DNA of 64,000 nucleotides from the human T2T-CHM13v2.0 reference genome, Homo sapiens. This document shows positions 52,150 through 64,000 of the stretch, piece by piece (positions within the stretch are counted from its first letter, which is position 1; the number at the start of each line of letters is the position of its first letter). The position numbers and the translations under genes were made by a program. Below the pieces are notes generated by a model, which was not told where the DNA came from, made no database searches, and worked only from the letters and a program-made list of their open reading frames with translations. The DNA lies in NCBI RefSeq assembly GCF_009914755.1, contig NC_060928.1; one strand, given 5' to 3'.

Positions 52150-55100
52150 ACAGAAGCATTCTCAGAAACTTATTTGTGATGTGTGTCCTCAACTAACAGA
52201 GTTGAACCTTGGTTTTGATACAGCATTTTGGAAACGCTCCTTTTGTAGAATCTGCAGGTGGATATGTGGATAGCTCTGAAGATTTCGTTGGAAACGGGAA
52301 TTTCTTCATATAAAATCAAACAGAAGCATTCTCAGAAACTTCTCAGTGATGTTTGCATTCAGCTCATGGAGTTGAACACTTCCTTTCATAGAGCCGGTTT
52401 GAAACACTCTTTCTGCACTACCTGGAAGAGGACATTTCGAGCGCTTTGAGTCCTATGGTGAAAAAGGAAATATCTTCTCATAAAAACCAGAAAGAAGCAT
52501 TCTCAGAAACTACTTTGTGTTGTGTGTACTCATGTAACAGTGTTGAACCATCCTTTTGACAGAGCAGTTTTGAAACACTCTTTTTGTAGAATCTCCAAGT
52601 GGATATTTGGATAGCTTTGAGGATTTCGTTGGAAACGGGATGACATATAATATCTAGAGAGAAGCATACTCAGGAACTTCTTTGTGATGTTTGCATTCAA
52701 GTCACAGAATTGAACATTCCCTTTCATAGAGCAGGTTTGAAACACTCTTTCTCTAGTATCTGGAAGTGGGCATTTCAAGCGCTTTCAGGCCTATGGAGAG
52801 AAAGGAAATACCTTCAAATAAAAACTAGACAGAAGCATTCTCAGAAACTTATTTGTGATGTGTGTCCTCAACTAACAGAGTTGAACCTTTGTTTTGATAC
52901 AGCATTTTGGAAACACTCCTTTTGTAGAATCTGCAGGTGGATATTTGGATAACTTTGAAGATTTCGTTGGAAACCGGAATATCTTCATATAAAATCAAGA
53001 CAGAAGCATTCTCGGAAACATCTCTGTGATGTTTGCATTCAACTCAGTAGAGTTGAACACTTCCTTTCATAGAGCAGGTTTGAAACACTCTTTCTGCACT
53101 ACCTGGAAGCGGACATTTCGAGCGCTTTGAGGCCTATGGTGAAAAAGGAAATATCTTCTCATAAAAACCAGAAAGAAGCATTCTCAGAAACTTCTTTGTG
53201 TTGTGTGTACTCAAGTAACAGTGTTGAACCTTCCTTTTGACACAGCAGTTTTGAAACACTCTTTTGGTAGAATCTGCAAGTGGATATTTGGATAGCTTTG
53301 AGGATTTCGTTGGAAACGGGTTATCTTCATATAAAATCCAGACAGGAGCATTCTCAGAAACTTCTTTGTGCTGCATGTCCTCAATTCACAGAGCTGAACC
53401 TTTGTTTGGATACAGCATTTTAGAAACATTCCTTTAGTAGAATCTGCAAGTTGATATTTAGATAGCTTTGAAGATTTCGTTGGAAACGGGAATATCTTCA
53501 TAGAAAATCTAGACGGAAGCATTCTCAGAAACTGCTTTGTGATGTTTGCATTCAAGTCACAGAGTTGAATATTCCCTTTTATAGAGTAGGTTTGAAACAC
53601 TCTTTCGGCACTACCTGGAAGTGGATATTTCGAGCTCTTTGAGGCCTATGGTTAAAAGGAAATATCTTCCCATAAAAACTAGACAGAAGCCGTCTCAGAA
53701 ACTTGTTTGTGATGTGTGTATTCAACTAACAGAGTTGAACATTTCTGTTACAGAGCAATTTTAAAACACTCTTTTTGTGGAATCTGAAAGTGGATAATTG
53801 GATAGCTTTGTGGATTTCGTTGGAAACGGGATGACATATAAAATCTAGAGAGAAGCATTCTCAGGAACTTCTTTCTGATGTTTGCATTCAAGTCACAGAA
53901 TTGAACATTCCTTTTCATAGTGCAGGTTTGAAACACTCTTTCTGTAGTATCTGGAAGTGGACATTTCAAGCGCTTTCAGGCCTACGGGGAGAAAGGAAAT
54001 ATCTTCAAATAAAAACTAGACAGAAGGATTCTCAGAAACTTATTTGTGATGTGTGTCCTAAACGAACACAGTTGAACCTTTGTTTTGATACAGCATTTTG
54101 GAAACACTCCTTTTGTAGGATCTGCAGGTGGATATTTGGATAGATTTTAAGATTTCGTTGGAAACGGGAGTTTCTTCATAGAAACTCAAGACAGATGCAT
54201 TCTCAGAAACATCTCTGTGATGTTTGCATTCCACTCATAGAGTTGAAAACTTCCTTTCATAGAGCAGGTTTGAAACACTCTTTTTGTAATATTTTTAAGT
54301 GGACATTTGCAGCACTTTGAGGCCTATGGTGAAAAAGGAAATATCTTCTCATAAAAACCAGAAACAAGCATTCTCAGAAACTTCTTTTTGATGTGTGTAC
54401 TCAAGTAACAGAGTTGAACCTTCCTTTTGACACAGCAGTTTTGAAACAATCTTTTTGTAGAATCTGCAAGTGGATATTTGGATAGCTTTGAGGATTTCGT
54501 TGGAAACGGGATATCTTCATATAAAATCTAGACAGAAGCATTCTCAGAAACTTCTTTGTGCTGTATGCCCTCAATTAACAGAGTTGAACCATTGGATACA
54601 GCATTTTGGAAACATTCCTTGAGTAGAATCTGCAAGTTGATATTTAGATAGATTTGAAGATTTCATTGGAAAAGGGAATATCTCCATATAAAATCTAGAG
54701 GGAAGCATTCTCAGAAACTGCTTTGTGATGTTTCCATTCAAGTCACAGAGTTTAATATTCCCTTTTATAGAGCACGTTTGAAACACTCTTTCTGCACTAT
54801 CTGGAAGTGGACATTTCGAGCGCTTTGAGGCCTATGGTGAAAAAGGAAATATCTTCCCATAAAAACTAGACAGAAGCATTCTCAGAAACTTGTTTGTGAT
54901 GTGTGTATTCAACTAACAGAGTTGAACTTTTGTTTTTACAGAGCCGTTTTAAAACACTCTTTTTGTGGAATCAGAAAGTGGATATTCGGATGGCTCTGAG
55001 GATTTCGTTGGAAGCGGGATTACATATAAAATCTAGAGAGAAGCATTCTCAGGAACTTCTTTGTGATGTTTGCATTGAAGTCACAGAATTGAACATTCAC

Positions 55101-55377
55101 TTTGATAGAGCAGGTTTGAAACACTCATTCTGTAGTATCTGGAACTGGACATTTCAAGCGCTTTCAGGCCTATGGTGAGAAAGGAAATATCTTCGAATAA
55201 AAACTAGACAGAAGCATCCTCAGAAACTTATTTGTGATGTGTGTCCTCAACTAACAGAGTTGAAACTTTGTTTTGATACAGCATTTTGGAAACACTCTTT
55301 TTGTAGAATCTGCAGGTGGATATTTGGATAGCTTAGAGGGATTCGTTGGAAAGGGGATATCTTCATATAAAATCTAG
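52150..55377 (+). repeat. 19-mer HOR N/3228
   Basis: Spacing 52258->55486. Confidence 0.9.
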
Positions 55378-56056
55378 ACAGAAGCATTCTCAGAAACTTA
55401 TTTGTGATGTGTGTCCTCAACTAACAGAGTGGAACCTTGGTTTTGATACAGCATTTTGGAAACACTCCTTTTGTAGAATCTGCAGGTGGATATGTGGATA
55501 GCTCTGAAGATTTCGTTGGAAACGGGAATTTCTTCATATAAAATCAAACAGAAGCATTCTCAGAAACTTCTCAGTGATGTTTGCATTCAGCTCATGGAGT
55601 TGAACACTTCCTTTCATAGAACCGGTTTGAAACACTCTTTCTGCACTACCTGGAAGAGGACATTTCGAGCGCTTTGAGTCCTATGGTGAAAAAGGAAATA
55701 TCTTCTCATAAAAACCAGAAAGAAGCATTCTCAGAAACTTCTTGGTGTTGTGTGTACTCATGTAACAGTGTTGAACCATCCTTTTGACAGAGCAGTTTTG
55801 AAACACTCTTTTTGTAGAATCTGCAAGTGGATATTTGGATAGCTTTGAGGATTTCGTTGGAAACGGGATGACATATAATATCTAGAGAGAAGCATTCTCA
55901 GGAACTTCTTTGTGATGTTTGCATTCAAGTCACAGAATTGAACATTCCCTTTCATAGAGCAGGTTTGAAACACTCTTTCTCTAGTATCTGGAAGTGGGCA
56001 TTTCAAGCGCTTTCAGTCCTATGGAGAGAAAGGAAATACCTTCAAATAAAAACTAG
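55378..56056 (+). repeat. Extra 4-mer (m1-m4, 679 bp)
   Basis: Spacing 55486->56165 = 679. Confidence 0.9.
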
Positions 56057-59000
56057 ACAGAAGCATTCTCAGAAACTTATTTGTGATGTGTGTCCTCAAC
56101 TAACAGAGTTGAACCTTGGTTTTGATACAGCATTTTGGAAACGCTCCTTTTGTAGAATCTGCAGGTGGATATGTGGATAGCTCTGAAGATTTCGTTGGAA
56201 ACGGGAATTTCTTCATATAAAATCAAACAGAAGCATTCTCAGAAACTTCTCAGTGATGTTTGCATTCAGCTCATGGAGTTGAACACTTCCTTTCATAGAA
56301 CCGGTTTGAAACACTCTTTCTGCACTACCTGGAAGAGGACATTTCGAGCGCTTTGAGTCCTATGGTGAAAAAGGAAATATCTTCTCATAAAAACCAGAAA
56401 GAAGCATTCTCAGAAACTTCTTTGTGTTGTGTGTACTCATGTAACAGTGTTGAACCATCCTTTTGACAGAGCAGTTTTGAAACACTCTTTTTGTAGAATC
56501 TGCAAGTGGATATTTGGATAGCTTTGAGGATTTCGTTGGAAACGGGATGACATATAATATCTAGAGAGAAGCATTCTCAGGAACTTCTTTGTGATGTTTG
56601 CATTCAAGTCACAGAATTGAACATTCCCTTTCATAGAGCAGGTTTGAAACACTCTTTCTCTAGTATCTGGAAGTGGGCATTTCAAGCGCTTTCAGGCCTA
56701 TGGAGAGAAAGGAAATACCTTCAAATAAAAACTAGACAGAAGCATTCTCAGAAACTTATTTGTGATGTGTGTCCTCAACTAACAGAGTTGAACCTTTGTT
56801 TTGATACAGCATTTTGGAAACACTCCTTTTGTAGAATCTGCAGGTGGATATTTGGATAACTTTGAAGATTTCGTTGGAAACCGGAATATCTTCATATAAA
56901 ATCAAGACAGAAGCATTCTCGGAAACATCTCTGTGATGTTTGCATTCAACTCAGTAGAGTTGAACACTTCCTTTCATAGAGCAGGTTTGAAACACTCTTT
57001 CTGCACTACCTGGAAGCGGACATTTCGAGCGCTTTGAGGCCTATGGTGAAAAAGGAAATATCTTCTCATAAAAACCAGAAAGAAGCATTCTCAGAAACTT
57101 CTTTGTGTTGTGTGTACTCAAGTAACAGTGTTGAACCTTCCTTTTGACACAGCAGTTTTGAAACACTCTTTTGGTAGAATCTGCAAGTGGATATTTGGAT
57201 AGCTTTGAGGATTTCGTTGGAAACGGGTTATCTTCATATAAAATCCAGACAGGAGCATTCTCAGAAACTTCTTTGTGCTGCATGTCCTCAATTCACAGAG
57301 CTGAACCTTTGTTTGGATACAGCATTTTGGAAACATTCCTTTAGTAGAATCTGCAAGTTGATATTTAGATAGCTTTGAAGATTTCGTTGGAAACGGGAAT
57401 ATCTTCATAGAAAATCTAGACGGAAGCATTCTCAGAAACTGCTTTGTGATGTTTGCATTCAAGTCACAGAGTTGAATATTCCCTTTTATAGAGTAGGTTT
57501 GAAACACTCTTTCGGCACTACCTGGAAGTGGATATTTCGAGCTCTTTGAGGCCTATGGTTAAAAGGAAATATCTTCCCATAAAAACTAGACAGAAGCCGT
57601 CTCAGAAACTTGTTTGTGATGTGTGTATTCAACTAACAGAGTTGAACATTTCTGTTACAGAGCAATTTTAAAACACTCTTTTTGTGGAATCTGAAAGTGG
57701 ATAATTCGATAGCTTTGTGGATTTCGTTGGAAACGGGATGACATATAAAATCTAGAGAGAAGCATTCTCAGGAACTTCTTTGTGATGTTTGCATTCAAGT
57801 CACAGAATTGAACATTCCCTTTCATAGAGCAGGTTTGAAACACTCTTTCTCTAGTATCTGGAAGTGGGCATTTCAAGCGCTTTCAGGCCTATGGAGAGAA
57901 AGGAAATACCTTCAAATAAAAACTAGACAGAAGCATTCTCAGAAACTTATTTGTGATGTGTGTCCTCAACTAACAGAGTTGAACCTTTGTTTTGATACAG
58001 CATTTTGGAAACACTCCTTTTGTAGGATCTGCAGGTGGATATTTGGATAGATTTTAAGATTTCGTTGGAAACGGGAGTTTCTTCATAGAAACTCAAGACA
58101 GATGCATTCTCAGAAACATCTCTGTGATGTTTGCATTCCACTCATAGATTTGAAAACTTCCTTTCATAGAGCAGGTTTGAAACACTCTTTTTGTAATATT
58201 TGGAAGTGGACATTTGCAGCGCTTTGAGGCCTATGGTGAAAAAGGAAATATCTTCTCATAAAAACCAGAAACAAGCATTCTCAGAAACTTCTTTTTGATG
58301 TGTGTACTCAAGTAACAGAGTTGAACCTTCCTTTTGACACAGCAGTTTTGAAACAATCTTTTTGTAGAATCTGCAAGTGGATATTTGGATAGCTTTGAGG
58401 ATTTCGTTGGAAACGGGATATCTTCATATAAAATCTAGACAGAAGCATTCTCAGAAACTTCTTTGTGCTGTATGTCCTCAATTAACAGAGTTGAACCATT
58501 GCTTGGATACAGCATTTTGGAAACATTCCTTGAGTAGAATCTGCAAGTTGATATTTAGATAGATTTGAAGATTTCGTTGGAAAAGGGAATATCTCCATAT
58601 AAAATCTAGAGGGAAGCATTCTCAGAAACTGCTTTGTGATGTTTCCATTCAAGTCACAGAGTTGAATATTCCCTTTTATAGAGCACGTTTGAAACACTCT
58701 TTCTGCACTATCTGGAAGTGGACATTTCGAGCGCTTTGAGGCCTATGGTGAAAAAGGAAATATCTTCCCATAAAAACTAGACAGAAGCATTCTCAGAAAC
58801 TTGTTTGTGATGTGTGTATTCAACTAACAGAGTTGAACTTTTGTTTTTACAGAGCCGTTTTAAAACACTCTTTTTGTGGAATCAGAAAGTGGATATTCGG
58901 ATGGCTCTGAGGATTTCGTTGGAAGCGGGATTACATATAAAATCTAGAGAGAAGCATTCTCAGGAACTTCTTTGTGATGTTTGCATTGAAGTCACAGAAT

Positions 59001-62000
59001 TGAACATTCACTTTGATAGAGCAGGTTTGAAACACTCATTCTGTAGTATCTGGAAGTGGACATTTCAAGCGCTTTCAGGCCTATGGTGAGAAAGGAAATA
59101 TCTTCGAATAAAAACTAGACAGAAGCATCCTCAGAAACTTATTTGTGATGTGTGTCCTCAACTAACAGAGTTGAAACTTTGTTTTGATACAGCATTTTGG
59201 AAACACTCTTTTTGTAGAATCTGCAGGTGGATATTTGGATAGCTTAGAGGGATTCGTTGGAAAGGGGATATCTTCATATAAAATCTAGACAGAAGCATTC
59301 TCAGAAACTTATTTGTGATGTGTGTCCTCAACTAACAGAGTTGAACCTTGGTTTTGATACAGCATTTTGGAAACACTCCTTTTGTAGAATCTGCAGGTGG
59401 ATATGTGGATAGCTCTGAAGATTTCGTTGGAAACGGGAATTTCTTCATATAAAATCAAACAGAAGCATTCTCAGAAACTTCTCAGTGATGTTTGCATTCA
59501 GCTCATGGAGTTGAACACTTCCTTTCATAGAGCCGGTTTGAAACACTCTTTCTGCACTACCTGGAAGAGGACATTTCGAGCGCTTTGAGTCCTATGGTGA
59601 AAAAGGAAATATCTTCTCATAAAAACCAGAAAGAAGCATTCTCAGAAACTACTTTGTGTTGTGTGTACTCATGTAACAGTGTTGAACCATCCTTTTGACA
59701 GAGCAGTTTTGAAACACTCTTTTTGTAGAATCTGCAAGTGGATATTTGGATAGCTTTGAGGATTTCGTTGGAAACGGGATGACATATAATCTCTAGAGAG
59801 AAGCATACTCAGGAACTTCTTTGTGATGTTTGCATTCAAGTCACAGAATTGAACATTCCCTTTCATAGAGCAGGTTTGAAACACTCTTTCTCTAGTATCT
59901 GGAAGTGGGCATTTCAAGCGCTTTCAGGCCTATGGAGAGAAAGGAAATACCTTCAAATAAAAACTAGACAGAAGCATTCTCAGAAACTTATTTGTGATGT
60001 GTGTCCTCAACTAACAGAGTTGAACCTTTGTTTTGATACAGCATTTTGGAAACACTCCTTTTGTAGAATCTGCAGGTGGATATTTGGATAACTTTGAAGA
60101 TTTCGTTGGAAACCGGAATATCTTCATATAAAATCAAGACAGAAGCATTCTCGGAAACATCTCTGTGATGTTTGCATTCAACTCAGTAGAGTTGAACACT
60201 TCCTTTCATAGAGCAGGTTTGAAACACTCTTTCTGCACTACCTGGAAGCGGACATTTCGAGCGCTTTGAGGCCTATGGTGAAAAAGGAAATATCTTCTCA
60301 TAAAAACCAGAAAGAAGCATTCTCAGAAACTTCTTTGTGTTGTGTGTACTCAAGTAACAGTGTTGAACCTTCCTTTTGACACAGCAGTTTTGAAACACTC
60401 TTTTGGTAGAATCTGCAAGTGGATATTTGGATAGCTTTGAGGATTTCGTTGGAAACGGGTTATCTTCATATAAAATCCAGACAGGAGCATTCTCAGAAAC
60501 TTCTTTGTGCTGCATGTCCTCAATTCACAGAGCTGAACCTTTGTTTGGATACAGCATTTTGGAAACATTCCTTTAGTAGAATCTGCAAGTTGATATTTAG
60601 ATAGCTTTGAAGATTTCGTTGGAAACGGGAATATCTTCATAGAAAATCTAGACGGAAGCATTCTCAGAAACTGCTTTGTGATGTTTGCATTCAAGTCACA
60701 GAGTTGAATATTCCCTTTTATAGAGTAGGTTTGAAACACTCTTTCGGCACTACCTGGAAGTGGATATTTCGAGCTCTTTGAGGCCTATGGTTAAAAGGAA
60801 ATATCTTCCCATAAAAACTAGACAGAAGCCGTCTCAGAAACTTGTTTGTGATGTGTGTATTCAACTAACAGAGTTGAACATTTCTGTTACAGAGCAATTT
60901 TAAAACACTCTTTTTGTGGAATCTGAAAGTGGATAATTGGATAGCTTTGTGGATTTCGTTGGAAACGGGATGACATATAAAATCTAGAGAGAAGCATTCT
61001 CAGGAACTTCTTTCTGATGTTTGCATTCAAGTCACAGAATTGAACATTCCTTTTCATAGTGCAGGTTTGAAACACTCTTTCTGTAGTATCTGGAAGTGGA
61101 CATTTCAAGCGCTTTCAGGCCTACGGGGAGAAAGGAAATATCTTCAAATAAAAACTAGACAGAAGGATTCTCAGAAACTTATTTGTGATGTGTGTCCTAA
61201 ACGAACACAGTTGAACCTTTGTTTTGATACAGCATTTTGGAAACACTCCTTTTGTAGGATCTGCAGGTGGATATTTGGATAGATTTTAAGATTTCGTTGG
61301 AAACGGGAGTTTCTTCATAGAAACTCAAGACAGATGCATTCTCAGAAACATCTCTGTGATGTTTGCATTCCACTCATAGAGTTGAAAACTTCCTTTCATA
61401 GAGCAGGTTTGAAACACTCTTTTTGTAATATTTGGAAGTGGACATTTGCAGCACTTTGAGGCCTATGGTGAAAAAGGAAATATCTTCTCATAAAAACCAG
61501 AAACAAGCATTCTCAGAAACTTCTTTTTGATGTGTGTACTCAAGTAACAGAGTTGAACCTTCCTTTTGACACAGCAGTTTTGAAACAATCTTTTTGTAGA
61601 ATCTGCAAGTGGATATTTGGATAGCTTTGAGGATTTCGTTGGAAACGGGATATCTTCATATAAAATCTAGACAGAAGCATTCTCAGAAACTTCTTTGTGC
61701 TGTATGCCCTCAATTAACAGAGTTGAACCATTGGATACAGCATTTTGGAAACATTCCTTGAGTAGAATCTGCAAGTTGATATTTAGATAGATTTGAAGAT
61801 TTCATTGGAAAAGGGAATATCTCCATATAAAATCTAGAGGGAAGCATTCTCAGAAACTGCTTTGTGATGTTTCCATTCAAGTCACAGAGTTGAATATTCC
61901 CTTTTATAGAGCACGTTTGAAACACTCTTTCTGCACTATCTGGAAGTGGACATTTCGAGCGCTTTGAGGCCTATGGTGAAAAAGGAAATATCTTCCCATA

Positions 62001-62516
62001 AAAACTAGACAGAAGCATTCTCAGAAACTTGTTTGTGATGTGTGTATTCAACTAACAGAGTTGAACTTTTGTTTTTACAGAGCCGTTTTAAAACACTCTT
62101 TTTGTGGAATCAGAAAGTGGATATTCGGATGGCTCTGAGGATTTCGTTGGAAGCGGGATTACATATAAAATCTAGAGAGAAGCATTCTCAGGAACTTCTT
62201 TGTGATGTTTGCATTGAAGTCACAGAATTGAACATTCACTTTGATAGAGCAGGTTTGAAACACTCATTCTGTAGTATCTGGAACTGGACATTTCAAGCGC
62301 TTTCAGGCCTATGGTGAGAAAGGAAATATCTTCGAATAAAAACTAGACAGAAGCATCCTCAGAAACTTATTTGTGATGTGTGTCCTCAACTAACAGAGTT
62401 GAAACTTTGTTTTGATACAGCATTTTGGAAACACTCTTTTTGTAGAATCTGCAGGTGGATATTTGGATAGCTTAGAGGGATTCGTTGGAAAGGGGATATC
62501 TTCATATAAAATCTAG
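56057..62516 (+). repeat. R/3232 + N/3228 HOR pair (another 6460-bp unit)
   Basis: Spacings 56165->59397->62625. Confidence 0.88.
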
Positions 62517-63195
62517 ACAGAAGCATTCTCAGAAACTTATTTGTGATGTGTGTCCTCAACTAACAGAGTTGAACCTTGGTTTTGATACAGCATTTTGGAA
62601 ACACTCCTTTTGTAGAATCTGCAGGTGGATATGTGGATAGCTCTGAAGATTTCGTTGGAAACGGGAATTTCTTCATATAAAATCAAACAGAAGCATTCTG
62701 AGAAACTTCTCAGTGATGTTTGCATTCAGCTCATGGAGTTGAACACTTCCTTTCATAGAACCGGTTTGAAACACTCTTTCTGCACTACCTGGAAGAGGAC
62801 ATTTCGAGCGCTTTGAGTCCTATGGTGAAAAAGGAAATATCTTCTCATAAAAACCAGAAAGAAGCATTCTCAGAAACTTCTTTGTGTTGTGTGTACTCAA
62901 GTAACAGTGTTGAACCTTCCTTTTGACAGAGCAGTTTTGAAACACTCTTTTGGTAGAATCTGCAAGTGGATATTTGGATAGCTTTGAGGATTTCGTTGGA
63001 AACGGGATGACATATAATATCTAGAGAGAAGCATTCTCAGGAACTTCTTTGTGATGTTTGCATTCAAGTCACAGAATTGAACATTCCCTTTCATAGAGCA
63101 GGTTTGAAACACTCTTTCTCTAGTATCTGGAAGAGGGCATTTCAAGCGCTTTCAGGCCTATGGAGAGAAAGGAAATACCTTCAAATTAAAACTAG
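62517..63195 (+). repeat. Extra 4-mer (m1-m4, 679 bp), more diverged copy
   Basis: Spacing 62625->63304 = 679; carries several private SNPs. Confidence 0.88.
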
Positions 63196-64000
63196 ACAGA
63201 AGCATTCTCAGAAACTTATTTGTGATGTGTGTCCTCAACTAACAGAGTTGAACCTTGGTTTTGATACAGCATTTTGGAAACGCTCGTTTTGTAGAATCTG
63301 CAGGTGGATATGTGGATAGCTCTGAAGATTTCGTTGGAAACGGGAATTTCTTCATATAAAATCAAACAGAAGCATTCTCAGAAACTTCTCAGTGATGTTT
63401 GCATTCAGCTCATGGAGTTGAACACTTCCTTTCATAGAACCGGTTTGAAACACTCTTTCTGCACTACCTGGAAGAGGACATTTCGAGCGCTTTGAGTCCT
63501 ATGGTGAAAAAGGAAATATCTTCTCATAAAAACCAGAAAGAAGCATTCTCAGAAACTTCTTTGTGTTGTGTGTACTCATGTAACAGTGTTGAACCATCCT
63601 TTTGACAGAGCAGTTTTGAAACACTCTTTTTGTAGAATCTGCAAGTGGATATTTGGATAGCTTTGAGGATTTCGTTGGAAACGGGATGACATATAATATC
63701 TAGAGAGAAGCATTCTCAGGAACTTCTTTGTGATGTTTGCATTCAAGTCACAGAATTGAACATTCCCTTTCATAGAGCAGGTTTGAAACACTCTTTCTCT
63801 AGTATCTGGAAGTGGGCATTTCAAGCGCTTTCAGGCCTATGGAGAGAAAGGAAATACCTTCAAATAAAAACTAGACAGAAGCATTCTCAGAAACTTATTT
63901 GTGATGTGTGTCCTCAACTAACAGAGTTGAACCTTTGTTTTGATACAGCATTTTGGAAACACTCCTTTTGTAGAATCTGCAGGTGGATATTTGGATAACT
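63196..64000 (+). repeat. Partial HOR (m1 to part of m5), truncated by the window end
   Basis: Matches 299-1103 apart from a few SNPs. Confidence 0.88.

Larger units (their letters stand above)
1..64000 (+). repeat. Centromeric alpha-satellite HOR array, 19-mer (3232/3228 bp), probably human chr4 D4Z1 (S2C4H1L, SF2)
   Basis: 'cattctcagaaact...tttgaaacactc...' recurs every ~170 bp. CENP-B boxes (tttcgttggaaacggga) alternate with A-type/pJalpha-like 'cctatggtgaaaaaggaa' monomers. A marker frame recurs at 3232/3228 spacing (6529, 9761; 12823, 16055, 19287, 22515 ...). Alpha-satellite identity is essentially certain; the D4Z1 name is recalled from the 19-mer/3.2-kb unit (about 0.85). Confidence 0.97.

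Noticed and set aside
180-63998. Roughly 190 ORFs of 61-129 aa on both strands, including a recurrent 129-aa minus-strand frame
   Set aside because: These are translations of the satellite. They recur with the HOR period, overlap in conflicting frames, mostly use non-ATG starts, and are created or broken by single SNPs and indels. I recognise no protein family.
1-64000. Regularly spaced conserved motifs (CENP-B box, cattctcagaaac) resembling a CRISPR array
   Set aside because: The intervening sequences are themselves homologous repeats rather than unique spacers, the period is ~170 bp, and there are no cas genes.
1-64000. Embedded L1/Alu/other insertion or an inversion
   Set aside because: All unit spacings are explained by whole monomers with or without the 4-bp deletion. 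I saw no poly-A tail, target-site duplication, foreign sequence or reverse-strand box.

Overview
The whole 64 kb is an uninterrupted, single-orientation tandem array of ~170-bp primate alpha-satellite monomers (~376 monomers). It is organised as a homogeneous 19-monomer higher-order repeat (HOR) of 3232 bp, or 3228 bp where a 4-bp deletion is present. Unit length, A/B monomer pattern and internal 7+7+1+4 substructure match what I recall of the active human chromosome 4 centromeric array D4Z1 (S2C4H1L, suprachromosomal family 2); this assignment is recognition, not a database result. I see no genes, RNA genes, transposon insertions, inversions or CRISPR arrays, and all listed ORFs are chance frames repeated with the satellite. 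I found no new protein-based biological system. What is notable is the array architecture: 16 complete 19-mers, two 14-mers, one 8-mer, one 18-mer, recurrent extra 4-mers, nested super-repeats of 6460, 6456 and 3907 bp marked by private SNPs, intra-HOR conversion tracts, two GG>TT doublet substitutions, and CpG loss apparently confined to CENP-B boxes that are already non-functional. Monomer numbering m1-m19 is my own: m1 is the monomer containing 'cttggttttg...gatatgtggatagctctg'.
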